From a plasmid, in the sequence record NZ_CP024444.1: a stretch of DNA of 64,000 nucleotides; one strand, 5' to 3'. Position 1 is the stretch's first letter; each line of letters begins with the position of its first letter. Below are positions 42,010-52,258 of the stretch, one piece after another. Under the pieces are notes generated by a model. The model had not been told where the DNA came from. It searched no databases and was given only the letters and a program-made list of their open reading frames with translations. A program made the position numbers and the translations under genes.

Positions 42010-42717
42010 CTAGAATGTTGACATTTTAGCAAAGGCAATCATGCGCTTTTTGTAGTCGTGCCAAAAATCCAGCGCGTCACTGCTCATTTTATCAATGTCT
42101 TCATCGCTAAAGTTTTCCCATGTTTCGACAAGGTGGCATTGGCAACCAATTCTTAACATGCCATGGCGTGCGCTGACAAACCATTGATAGCCATATAGCA
42201 TCATCACATCACCATCGATATGAGCATACTCTAGTCGTGAGCCGTTGAAGATGGTTGTATCAATATTGGTATTGTCCAATTTGGCATGTTTAAGCTCACA
42301 ATCTGCCAAGCTAGTATGATGCAAATTTGCAAAGTCAAAATTAGCGATGCGTAGGTCGCAGTCGGTTATCAGGGCTTTGGTAAGGTTTGCTTGAAAGAAA
42401 TTGGTTTCCATCAATTCGGCATGATGGGCGGATGCATGCAATAAATTGGCTTTGCTAAAGTCGGCATTACTGGCTTTGGCGTTGGTTAATGATGCGCCCA
42501 CCAAGTTTGCATTGCTAAAGTTTGCCCACTCGATACAACTATCATTGAACTGTGCGCCTGTTAAGTTTGCACCGCTAAAATTGGTCTTGCTTAAGTGCAA
42601 GTTACTTAAATTGGCATTTTGTAAGTCCAAGTTGCTTAAGTCTGCGCCTGCAAGCGTATCAAGCTCTAACGTGATAATTGGGTTGCCTGTGTTTTTATGC
42701 TCGATAGTAATCGCCAT
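42010..42717 (-). CDS. pentapeptide-repeat protein with conserved C-terminal RIGCQCH domain
   Basis: The true start is MAITIEHKNTG. It has pentapeptide tandems and the C-terminus WFVSARHGMLRIGCQCHLVETW. Confidence 0.75.
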   Translation of the reverse strand: MAITIEHKNTGNPIITLELDTLAGADLSNLDLQNANLSNLHLSKTNFSGANLTGAQFNDSCIEWANFSNANLVGASLTNAKASNADFSKANLLHASAHHAELMETNFFQANLTKALITDCDLRIANFDFANLHHTSLADCELKHAKLDNTNIDTTIFNGSRLEYAHIDGDVMMLYGYQWFVSARHGMLRIGCQCHLVETWENFSDEDIDKMSSDALDFWHDYKKRMIAFAKMSTF

Positions 42718-43011
42718 GATTTTTTTCCTTTTGGTTGGGTGTTGGAATTGAGCCTTTCTCGTTTCCATGTGCTTATAATAACGCTTTAACCGTGTATAAT
42801 CAAGCGGTTTTAGCGTTTATTTGGGGGTTTTCCGACGAACGGTAAAACCGTTTTTAGACTCGGCTGGCATGTTTCCCCGTACCTAAGGGGGTTTATCTGA
42901 TTTAGTGATAACTTGATGTAGTCCATCACGCTCGCCTGTCGACGACAACTTGCCAGCAGGCAATAAAAAACCCACCTAATGACAAGGTGGGTATTATCCG
43001 GTAGTAATCAA

Positions 43012-43626
43012 TTATTTGGCTTGGGTGGCTGCCACATAAAAATATGCGCCCTCTTTGCCGATATGGTGTCGAAACTGCTCACCAAAGCGTTTAACCGTGC
43101 TTTCGGTAATCGGGAATGCTTTGCCACGATGACTAAATGTTATGATTTTCTCGTCGATGTGTTGCGGTAGGTTTAATTCAGGGGCATCACTTAGCACAAA
43201 TAGCATGCGTTCACGTTCAGCGGTGACGTGTTGTTTGGCTTGGTTGTATGACGCTTTTTTATCGGCATGGGCTTGCTTGTTTTTGGCGTTGCTGTCAATG
43301 AGTGTTTGTATTTGCTCACAGCTCACAGCACCGTTGTTGGTCGCAAGTTGGATAGCCGTGTTAATGGTCTTGGTATCAAACCAACCTTTTTGGATATGTT
43401 CATTCGCCCATTTAAAATAGTCTTGGGTGCGCTTGGTGTTGTTCATGTTATAGCGATTGCGATTGGCGATTTCTTTGTCGCGCATTCGAGAAATCACATT
43501 ATTGGGCGCACCACTACCACGAAAATTTTCAATGAGCGCAGACACGTCACTACCAAAACGCCCATTATTCAATAGGTTGTTAATTTGAGTTTCCGACTCA
43601 AGGATATCTGATACAAAAGTATTCAT
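43012..43626 (-). CDS. hypothetical protein (probably co-transcribed with ssb; upstream module truncated)
   Basis: 204 aa. The spacer to ssb is only 87 bp and carries a degenerate module. Confidence 0.45.
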   Translation of the reverse strand: MNTFVSDILESETQINNLLNNGRFGSDVSALIENFRGSGAPNNVISRMRDKEIANRNRYNMNNTKRTQDYFKWANEHIQKGWFDTKTINTAIQLATNNGAVSCEQIQTLIDSNAKNKQAHADKKASYNQAKQHVTAERERMLFVLSDAPELNLPQHIDEKIITFSHRGKAFPITESTVKRFGEQFRHHIGKEGAYFYVAATQAK

Positions 43627-43713
43627 AAAAACGTTCCTTTTGGTTGGGGTTGGTTGCGAGCCTATCTCGTTTCCATAATGAAATTATAGCGGTTTAAGGG
43701 ATTAAGTGCTTAC

Positions 43714-44208
43714 TTAAACTTTGGCTTTTGCCTTAACTAAAAAGGCTTCAGGGATGCCATCATCTTGTTGTACCATTGGTTGCTGATTAGCTTGTACCAT
43801 TGGTTGGCTATTGGCAACAGGTTGGCTTGCATACTCATCTTGGTCAGGGAATGGGATATTGGGTCGTCCACCACCGCTACTGCCTAGCATTTGCAAAGAG
43901 TCGCCATAGATTTCAGTCACATAGCGTTCAATGTTGTTGCTGTCCGTGTATTTGCGGTTGCGTAGTTCACCCTCAATAAAAACGCCAGCACCTTTTTTTA
44001 GGTAATTTTGGGCGATTTCTGCGAGTCGGTTGAACAACACCACGCGATGCCATTCGGTACGCTCTTTTTTCTCTTGGGTAGTCTTGTCTGTCCAAGTTTT
44101 CGTAGTAGCCATTGAAATGGTTGCGCACACGCCACCACTTGGCAATTGACGTACATCAGGGTCAGCACCTAAGTTGCCGATTAAAATTACTTTGTTTACA
44201 CCTTTCAT
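43714..44208 (-). CDS. ssb: single-stranded DNA-binding protein
   Basis: The OB-fold N-terminus (MKGVNKVILIGNLGADPDVRQLPSGG...WHRVVLFNRLAEIA) and a Gln/Pro-rich tail ending DDGIPEAF are present. The start is the ATG at 44206-44208. Confidence 0.85.
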   Translation of the reverse strand: MKGVNKVILIGNLGADPDVRQLPSGGVCATISMATTKTWTDKTTQEKKERTEWHRVVLFNRLAEIAQNYLKKGAGVFIEGELRNRKYTDSNNIERYVTEIYGDSLQMLGSSGGGRPNIPFPDQDEYASQPVANSQPMVQANQQPMVQQDDGIPEAFLVKAKAKV

Positions 44209-44535
44209 AACCTTATCCTTTTTAAAGAGTGTTCTAAACCAAGTGAGCCTATCTCGTCTTGATGATTTCATTATAACGGTTTAACCGTGTATAATCAAGC
44301 GGTTTAACCGTTTTTTATGATTTACCGATAAACGGTAATAGCGCGGATAAACGGTTTTCAAGGGTTTGGACACGCGGCCCTACAGTTAATCGCTTTTTGC
44401 TTTTCACCTTTGCATTAGCGACCACTTGATATAGGTTGTTCCTGCCAGCGGTAGCCAAGCAACGGGGTGCTAAAAATGGCAATAAAAAAACCCTAGTAAG
44501 CGTTAACTAGGGTTATTTCGTTATCCGGTGGTGGT

Positions 44536-45495
44536 TTAAGCTGCCAATTTGTCATCAATTGATGGTGATTGAGTCCGTAATACCGCATATCTTAGATTAT
44601 TATTGACCGTAGCATGGGCTTCATAGCGTTTGTCTTCGCTGTTATAAGTCACAAAGCAAGGAATATCGCCTGTTAAGTATTTACCACGGATTGGCGTGCC
44701 GTGGGCGTCAAAAGCAATACAGCGGATAGTAATTTCACCGCCTAGCTTGGTTGATAGCATATTAAGTTGGGTCACTTCAAAATAACGACGTGGTCTATCG
44801 CTATCATACTTAACGTTTTCAAAAATAGTGCCCAGCTCGATAGCATGAATTGGCTTGTCAACCTTGCGCAAATTATCAGATACCGCATAATAAATAAATC
44901 GCATAGCTCGAAGAATTTTATTTAGCCCACTAAAAAACTCCATGCCGTTTTGGTGAAATACTACTAGCCCTGTCTTGCCCTGTTCATAGCAGGCAAACAA
45001 CATGATATCACCGCCCATGTAGCAAGCCTCAAGCTCAACCTGTTGCGATTTCATGTGCTGACAAGCGAATTCATAACGGGCTTGGTAAAGTGGAAGATTT
45101 TTGCTGTTGGCATCGATTTGGTTATGCTCGGCAATGGCTCTGACGTTTTCGTGACTAATCACATCATAGCCCAGTGAAAAAATCTGCATGTTATTCCCAT
45201 TCTTGATGAATTTTTTACAGTCTGCTAGTTTCCGCATACGCACTTTATAAGTGGGGTGATCAATTTGCGGTAAGCATAACGATGGGTCATCACAAGTAAT
45301 TTGCCATTCGCCATCATTATTTTTATGTATGGTGACCGCAGGGGTTAACAGGGTTGCGGCACAAGTGTACCCAACACCATCTTTTTTATTTTTAAAGACG
45401 TTGGGGTGTTTTTCACTTAGCGAATTTAACTGCTCATGTAGGTCATGATGGTTGGTGCTGGTAACCACTAATTTAACAATGTCTGAAAGTTGCAT
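44536..45495 (-). CDS. family B paralog
   Basis: 319 aa with motifs CAATLLTPAVT, IMLFACY and IRCIAFDAHGTPIRGKY. Confidence 0.55.
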   Translation of the reverse strand: MQLSDIVKLVVTSTNHHDLHEQLNSLSEKHPNVFKNKKDGVGYTCAATLLTPAVTIHKNNDGEWQITCDDPSLCLPQIDHPTYKVRMRKLADCKKFIKNGNNMQIFSLGYDVISHENVRAIAEHNQIDANSKNLPLYQARYEFACQHMKSQQVELEACYMGGDIMLFACYEQGKTGLVVFHQNGMEFFSGLNKILRAMRFIYYAVSDNLRKVDKPIHAIELGTIFENVKYDSDRPRRYFEVTQLNMLSTKLGGEITIRCIAFDAHGTPIRGKYLTGDIPCFVTYNSEDKRYEAHATVNNNLRYAVLRTQSPSIDDKLAA

Positions 45496-45777
45496 CGGGT
45501 TTTATCCTTTTAGGTTGGGTGTAGGAATTGAGCCTATCTCGTTTCCATGTGCTCATTATAACGGTTTAACCGTGTATAATAAAGCGGTTTAACCGTTTAT
45601 TTGTCAATTTTCAGACAAACGGTTTTAGCGTCTAATTCGGATTTTTGACTACACTCCCCTACAAGTTAAGGTTTTTGCCTTAGTGTTCGCTTGAACTAGC
45701 GAATGTGCTTTGTTGACCACTCGCCAGCCAAGCCAAAAAAAACCAGTCATCGACTGGTCTTTTTTTTGGCTGGGTCA

Positions 45778-46512
45778 TTAGCAAAATAGCATACTTACCT
45801 GTTTGGCATCCAAGACGATGTCAAAATAACCATCTGCCCAAAAATCCGATACATCAAACTTAAAGCGTACAATAAACTGCATTTTTAGCTGTCCATCGCC
45901 AAACGGTTTAACATCGATGATAAACTCACAAGCATCTGTCCATTTAAAATACAAGCCACGGTTGCGTGATGGCTCATTACAGTCTTCAAGCATTACATTG
46001 TAATCTTCTTCACTATCAATCACATCAAAACCTGTATCAATATCCGCTTTGATGCTATTAAATTGATAAAGCTTGCTTTGGCAATACGCTAATGTCGCTT
46101 GCTCGTATGCCAATAAGCCTTGTGCATCATGCACGCCTACCATCGCAAGCATCTTAATAATGCCATGTTTCAATTGCTCGGTATGGTGACGGTTTACCAT
46201 AATAAGCATGTCGTTTGGCAAGCTTTCATCCACCAACTCCCATAGATTGGTATGTAAAATAACAGCACCCCGTCTGTCCGATTGCCAATCATTCGCCAAG
46301 TAAATTAAATTTGGGTCGGTGTCTAGCTGTAAATACAATTCACTCACATTCACCGAGTCTTGTATCAATTCAGGACTGTGGTTTAGATAGCTAGGTTGCA
46401 TCGCATACACATAGAAATTTGCTTTATTTTTCATGGTATCAATCAACTGACTACCAATTTTTACCATGTCACAGGTTAAGATTAAGTCACGGTCAAAAAC
46501 GTCATGTAGCAT
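45778..46512 (-). CDS. hypothetical protein
   Basis: 244 aa with the module upstream. Confidence 0.45.
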   Translation of the reverse strand: MLHDVFDRDLILTCDMVKIGSQLIDTMKNKANFYVYAMQPSYLNHSPELIQDSVNVSELYLQLDTDPNLIYLANDWQSDRRGAVILHTNLWELVDESLPNDMLIMVNRHHTEQLKHGIIKMLAMVGVHDAQGLLAYEQATLAYCQSKLYQFNSIKADIDTGFDVIDSEEDYNVMLEDCNEPSRNRGLYFKWTDACEFIIDVKPFGDGQLKMQFIVRFKFDVSDFWADGYFDIVLDAKQVSMLFC

Positions 46513-46824
46513 TGGAATTTTCCTTTTGGTCGGGGTCGGAATTGAGCCTATCTCGTTTCCATGTGTCTATAATAACGCTTTAACCGTGTATAATCAAGCG
46601 GTTTAACCGTGTTTTTACCCATTTTCCGACGAACGGTAAAAGCGTGTTTTACATCGGCTGGCGCGGTTTGCCCATATTTTAGGTTTTTATGATATAGCGA
46701 TGTCTTGGGTTAGCGTCCTCTCGCCTGCCAATTTACAAGCAAAAATAAACCCACTGTCATTTGACAGTGGGGGGTTTTTCCCAACCACGAGAAAGCTGTT
46801 TGATGCGTTTAGGTAGGCAGCATC

Positions 46825-47085
46825 TTATGAGCCTGTTTGTGCCAATGACGGCATGGCGGACAACTTAAATGCGCTGGTGACCACGGCTGTCGGTCTTGGT
46901 GGCTGTGGGTATGCACCCATCGGATAAATGCCATTCCAGTATTCACCATCAAAATCAGCAATCGCACTTTGACCGCTATCAAATTTAATTAAATAATCAC
47001 ACTTGGTTTCGATAGGCTGGGCTAAGGAGTCAACCTGAATATCACTGCCTTTAACTTTTATTTTGACTGAATGAAGCTGTAGCAT
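46825..47085 (-). CDS. small hypothetical protein
   Basis: 86 aa with a truncated module upstream. Confidence 0.4.
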   Translation of the reverse strand: MLQLHSVKIKVKGSDIQVDSLAQPIETKCDYLIKFDSGQSAIADFDGEYWNGIYPMGAYPQPPRPTAVVTSAFKLSAMPSLAQTGS

Positions 47086-47197
47086 TTTTTCGTCCTTTTT
47101 GTGTGTTTTTGGATTTGAGCCTATCTCGTTTCCATGGGTGTATTATAACGCTAAAACCGTTTAAATGCAAGCGGTATTAGCGTTTTTTTATAAAAAG

Positions 47198-47875
47198 CTA
47201 GGCATTACACGGATTTTTTTTGCGTGCATTGCATTGTTCAACTAGGTCGGTGGCAATGGTTTCCATCTCATAGTCGTATACGCCCCATTGAGATTCCAAA
47301 GAACCAAATTTATCGCTTACTTGGATGCCGTAAACATAGCCATTTGACCATTTCTCAAAGTCTTTAATCTCACGGCTTAACTGCTCATAAGTTTGAGCCA
47401 ATACGCCATCACTCATAGCTTTAACATTATATTCAGCAAAAACTTGCTCATAGGTGGCATAAATAAAGCCAAACAAATCATCTTCAATTCGCCAATCCTG
47501 CGGTTTAATACATCGGTAAGCAATGTCATCAATTAGGTAATCAGCTTTCGTATGATAGCCAAATAAGCAACCCAATGATTTGCTCGACTCGGCACGTCTA
47601 AAAAAGTGAATTGGCATCCAAACGACACGCGACATATCCAAGCCGTGATAACGACAAAAATTTGCCATAGCTTCATTAATATCGGGGCTAACTGCGATAT
47701 CATTGGGGTAGCATACATCGCAATACACGGTGCCACCACCCACTAATGTACCTAGATTGCCTTCGATTTTACGCGGATTTACGGCATTATCATCAAAATA
47801 CGTCTGTAAGGTTAAGCCTTTGGTTTGGGCTTTTTGTATTAGGGTATCGCTTAAGTTTAAGTTGACGGCATACAT
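47198..47875 (-). CDS. family A paralog (unknown function; WxPIxxxxxxxxxxxYRC motif)
   Basis: 225 aa, colinear with 48186-48842 and 60004-60612. Confidence 0.5.
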   Translation of the reverse strand: MYAVNLNLSDTLIQKAQTKGLTLQTYFDDNAVNPRKIEGNLGTLVGGGTVYCDVCYPNDIAVSPDINEAMANFCRYHGLDMSRVVWMPIHFFRRAESSKSLGCLFGYHTKADYLIDDIAYRCIKPQDWRIEDDLFGFIYATYEQVFAEYNVKAMSDGVLAQTYEQLSREIKDFEKWSNGYVYGIQVSDKFGSLESQWGVYDYEMETIATDLVEQCNARKKNPCNA

Positions 47876-48185
47876 GATTTTTTATCCTTGTGGTTGGCAT
47901 GGGTTCGAGCCTATCTCGCTGTCCATATAGCTATAATAACGGTTTAACCGTGTATAATCAAGCGGTTTTAGCGTTTATTTAGGGGTTTTCCGATAAACGG
48001 TAAAACCGTTTTTCGGGTCGGCTGGCACGTTTCCCCGTACCTTAGGTGTTTACCTGATTTAGTGATAGCTTGGTATAGTGCGGCTGGCATGCCATTCATT
48101 GGTGATAGCTGGGTAATAGTTGGGTAATAAAAGACTAGGCAAAAAAAGCCCACTGGTTACCAGTGGGCGGTAGGACTTGGACTGA

Positions 48186-48842
48186 TTAGGCAGTTTTCAC
48201 AAAACGGTTTTTAAGGTTTTCGGCTTTGGCTGGCTCATATTCTTGGTTTAAATACGCATCACATTCAGCAAGCATATCCATTGCCACTTCGTCTAAGTCA
48301 CTTCCAAAAATACCCCATGTTGACTCAACATTAGTTACTGGATTGTCAATGGTGATGCCATATACTTCACCATTACACCATTGCTCAAAAATACTCACTT
48401 CGCCTTTAAAACAGTTATGCACACGTTCCAAAATGTCTTTGGTGACACGTTTTACACCATAACACTCACGGATTTTTTCCTTGGTGGCATAGATAAAGCC
48501 ATAGACGCCACCGTCAAAACGACACTCATACGGCGCAGTGCAGCGGTAGGCAACATTGCCATGCGTATAGCTGTAAATTGGTAACCATACCACACTATCA
48601 AGCGGTATTTTATGATGTTTAAAAAAGTTGGTGGCGGTATCAAAAATATCATTACCGATATCTACATCTGACGGGTAAACTTCATCACAGTAGTTGCGAC
48701 CACGGCTAACGAGCGTGCCTAGATTATCCCATTCTTTGCGTGGGTTAAATGGGTCAGAATCATAATACGCATTGATAGTTAAGCCTTTGAGTTGGGCGAC
48801 TTTTTTGACTTCATCACTTAATAATTCGGTAGCTGAATACAT
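48186..48842 (-). CDS. family A paralog
   Basis: The true start is MYSATELL (ATG at 48840-48842). Confidence 0.5.
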   Translation of the reverse strand: MYSATELLSDEVKKVAQLKGLTINAYYDSDPFNPRKEWDNLGTLVSRGRNYCDEVYPSDVDIGNDIFDTATNFFKHHKIPLDSVVWLPIYSYTHGNVAYRCTAPYECRFDGGVYGFIYATKEKIRECYGVKRVTKDILERVHNCFKGEVSIFEQWCNGEVYGITIDNPVTNVESTWGIFGSDLDEVAMDMLAECDAYLNQEYEPAKAENLKNRFVKTA

Positions 48843-49149
48843 AATTTTTATCCTTTTGGTTGGGTGTTGGAATTGAGCCTTTCTCGTTTCCATGTGCTTA
48901 TAATAACGCTTTAACCGTGTATAATCAAGCGGTTTTAGCGTTTATTTAGGGGTTTTCCGACGAACGGTAAAAGCGTTTTTAGCAACCTTACTGAAGCTGC
49001 CGACCTTATTTCCCTTCACTTAATGGCTGTTATTGTATCTAGCCATCGCTTGAAATAGCCCGTGACCAGCTCGCCTACTAAACCAATATAGCCAAACCAG
49101 GCGAAAAAAAGACTGCCAATTGTGCAGTCTTTTAGTCTTCAGTTTAGGG

Positions 49150-49680
49150 TTAACTTACCACGCCTTGCTTTGGCTCGCCTTTGTCAAAACTTTCTTGGAT
49201 GACTTGATTAACAATTGCCATAATCGCATCATCCTTTTTCATGCTACCGACGACATCCCTCACCCAAACTTCTTGCAAGTCGATTTCGGGGTGTCGGTTG
49301 TCATATAAGTAATAATAAAAGTCTTCATCTTCTTCTTGCTCTGCGGTTAAATCAAAGGCAATGATATTGTCTTCATGCAAAAATGCCATCGCTTCAGCAA
49401 TTGATACCGGGGTAAACTCCCCTTGTTTTTTCAAAATATCATCCAATATGCCAAACTTATTAAATGATAAGCTTTCAAGATAAACACGCACGCTTGCATT
49501 AAAGCTAAAGCTAATACCTGTTTCAGTGGTTACCTTCACATCTACAAATCGCCAAGCGGTCAATTCATCAATGCCTGTTAAGTCAGCCTCGGTCACGCCA
49601 TGTATTCGGGTGGCGGTATCAACGTGGGTAACGGTAACGCTGGCATTGGTAAGATTACTAATGAGATTTTGTAAAAGCAT
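49150..49680 (-). CDS. family C paralog
   Basis: 176 aa, see 40526-41044. Confidence 0.5.
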   Translation of the reverse strand: MLLQNLISNLTNASVTVTHVDTATRIHGVTEADLTGIDELTAWRFVDVKVTTETGISFSFNASVRVYLESLSFNKFGILDDILKKQGEFTPVSIAEAMAFLHEDNIIAFDLTAEQEEDEDFYYYLYDNRHPEIDLQEVWVRDVVGSMKKDDAIMAIVNQVIQESFDKGEPKQGVVS

Positions 49681-49836
49681 TTTTTATTCCTTTTGGCTGG
49701 GGTCGGATGCAAGCCTATCTCGCTGTCCATGATACTATTATAACGCTTTAACCGTGTATAATCAAGCGGTTTAACCGTTTTTCTAATAAAAAAGCCTGCT
49801 ATGTTAAGCAGGCTTTTTAAAAAACTAGAGAAGGGC

Positions 49837-50034
49837 TTAGTCGTCTTCGTCGACGTCATCACGATAAGCCTTGATTTCATAATCATGATTAACATCACCG
49901 TCCGAGGCATCCAAGAGAATGTCTTGATTGCGGTACTTGTCATTCACAAGACGCACAGCATCACTTTCACTGTCGGCTTCAACGGTCACAATTTTACTGG
50001 CGGTTTCGATAATTTCGATATCATAGCTTGGCAT
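49837..50034 (-). CDS. small acidic protein (65 aa), operonic with 50111-50533
   Basis: MPSYDIEIIETASKIVTVEADSESDAVRLV...DDVDEDD. It has an RBS but no promoter module, only a 76-bp spacer to the upstream gene. Confidence 0.45.
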   Translation of the reverse strand: MPSYDIEIIETASKIVTVEADSESDAVRLVNDKYRNQDILLDASDGDVNHDYEIKAYRDDVDEDD

Positions 50035-50110
50035 AGTGGTTTTCCTTGTTGTTTGGTTGGGCGCAAGCCTATCTTGCACCCGGATGGTTAATGAGTAAGT
50101 GGGTAAAGAG

Positions 50111-50533
50111 TTAGTGCCATTCAGTGTAGTAACATTCATCAATTTTGCCGTTTTCCGAATCGTCATAGATTTGAGCAAAGTTTTCGTAATTTTTTCCTAG
50201 TTGCTCATTTACATACGCTACCGCTTGGGCTTCATGGTCTTTTGAAAAATAGACGACGCCACCAAAGATGCAATAACCCTCGCTCATAAAACGCTTGGTT
50301 ACATGGTCGATGCGGATACAGTCTTCCATCACCTCAAAAACGCTCATAGATGGGTTTTCGTTTTGTATCTTTAAGAATAAATCTAAGTCGTCATCATTGA
50401 CAGCATAGTCAGGCGGCAACTCGGTGTCTATGCCGATGTACTGTTTAACAATGCTAGTTAAGGTTTGTTTAAATGCTTCACGTAAGTCAATGCCGTTATT
50501 GACGCCTACTTCGGTTTTAACTTGGGTTTCCAT
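50111..50533 (-). CDS. hypothetical protein
   Basis: The true start is METQVKTEV (ATG at 50531-50533). The module lies upstream. Confidence 0.45.
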   Translation of the reverse strand: METQVKTEVGVNNGIDLREAFKQTLTSIVKQYIGIDTELPPDYAVNDDDLDLFLKIQNENPSMSVFEVMEDCIRIDHVTKRFMSEGYCIFGGVVYFSKDHEAQAVAYVNEQLGKNYENFAQIYDDSENGKIDECYYTEWH

Positions 50534-50774
50534 GATGTTTTCCTTTTGGGTTGGGTGTTGGAATTGAGCCTTTCTCGTTTCCATGTAGGTATAATAACGG
50601 TTTTAGCGTGTATAATCAAGCGGTTTTAGCGTTTATTTTATGATTTCCCGACGAACGGTAAAAGCGTTTTTTTGGGAATGACTGACCTGTTCGCCCCATA
50701 CGTCAGGGTGTTTTTTTGCATTAGTGATGGCTTGGTATAGAACCTCACACCTATATCACGTCAAAGCATATCTG

Positions 50775-51383
50775 TTAACTGGCATGGTCATAGACATGTA
50801 GACGTGCTGAAACGGTAACCGCTGTGACAACTTGATATTGGTTTTCGCTTTCAAACAAAATACAGATTTCCGTTGCATGTTCTTTGCCAATCATTCTAGC
50901 CAAAGGCAATGCCTTATCGATTTTATCAAACACAATAGCGGTGGATGGCTCGCTCACATATTGGTAATGATGATGAAATAGCATGTCACAAGCGATATGG
51001 TGATGTGTCGTTGTGATACTTGCTTTTGATAAAAAACCATTTAGTTCAGCAACATGGATGATATAGCCTTTTACCCAACAATCAGCTGGTATATCATTCA
51101 CCTGATAAAATTCCTCCATACCGACGGTTTTCAAACCCATATTTGCATATTTGCGTTCTTCCGCAGCCGCAATTCGCTGTTGTTGATTGCCGCGAAGTTT
51201 AGCTTGACCCATTCCTGCCCTCCATAAGAATTTAATTAACAAAAATACCGTAATTTTGCCTAGATTGAAATACCAATATGACAAATATGTGACAGTTAAC
51301 GTATAGTCACCAAACCAACATCCCCATAGGTTCACTGTGGGATGCTGGTTAATGTTAGGCTCTACTTGGGGATTTAGTCCCAA
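50775..51383 (-). CDS. hypothetical protein (start uncertain; likely the internal Met near 51212)
   Basis: The ORF overlaps the upstream gene by 10 nt. An alternative start at MGQAKLRGNQQQ gives about 145 aa. Confidence 0.4.
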   Translation of the reverse strand: MGLNPQVEPNINQHPTVNLWGCWFGDYTLTVTYLSYWYFNLGKITVFLLIKFLWRAGMGQAKLRGNQQQRIAAAEERKYANMGLKTVGMEEFYQVNDIPADCWVKGYIIHVAELNGFLSKASITTTHHHIACDMLFHHHYQYVSEPSTAIVFDKIDKALPLARMIGKEHATEICILFESENQYQVVTAVTVSARLHVYDHAS

Positions 51384-52003
51384 GTATCATAAAACAACAC
51401 GCTGTCGGTAATGTCTTGCCCACCTTTGATGGGTTTAACGACGGTATAGTAAATTGGTTGGTCATACCAAGTGCCGACATGGGTATAATTTTCGGTAGAC
51501 GCATCGAATTGGTAATCGCCACCGCCCTTACGTTCTTTTGACAACCGTGTCAACATAGCCAGTGGGCTTATGAGGCTTTGACGGGCATTTTTCGCTTGAG
51601 TAATCTTGCTTAAATCGATGTAGTTTTCGGTTTCAGGGCTAACAAGATAACCCACTAAGTGGGCATCGTAAGTTTCCGCCTCTGTCTCAAATCGTTTCAT
51701 AAACTGCTTGATTGCTCGTTTACTCCCAATCACATCATAACTATGACCCTCTGCTACGCTGTCGTCATAATTACAAATGGTTGTCACTCGCGCAGGCTTA
51801 TCAACGTCGGTTTCTTCGGCTAATAATTGGTAGATGGCATGATGTTCATATACGCCAAAATAAAAGCTTTCAAGAAATTTCAACATGCTATGCGCTACGG
51901 TTAATTGCACATTATTTGAAAAGGTTGGTAATTTGATGGCGCAGTTTTCATCTTTATTAAAACTAAACTCACCGACTAGACTGGTTTTAAAATAAGCACC
52001 CAT
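51374..52003 (-). CDS. hypothetical protein
   Basis: 209 aa with the module upstream (52010-52150). It is the first gene of a two-gene unit. Confidence 0.45.
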   Translation of the reverse strand: MGAYFKTSLVGEFSFNKDENCAIKLPTFSNNVQLTVAHSMLKFLESFYFGVYEHHAIYQLLAEETDVDKPARVTTICNYDDSVAEGHSYDVIGSKRAIKQFMKRFETEAETYDAHLVGYLVSPETENYIDLSKITQAKNARQSLISPLAMLTRLSKERKGGGDYQFDASTENYTHVGTWYDQPIYYTVVKPIKGGQDITDSVLFYDTWD

Positions 52004-52258
52004 GATATTTTATCCTGTTGGTTGGGGTCGGACGCGAGCCTATCTCGTTTCCATGTGCTTATAATAACGCTTTAACCGTGTATAATCAAGCGGTTTAACC
52101 GTGTTTTTACCCATTTTCCGATAAACGGTAAAAGCGTTTTTAAAGTCGGCTGGCACGTTTCCCTACAGGTAAGAATGCTTTTTTGATATAGCGATAATTT
52201 GATATAGTACATCACGCCCATCGGTGTCACCAAACTGTTTGGGTGACACTAACCCACT

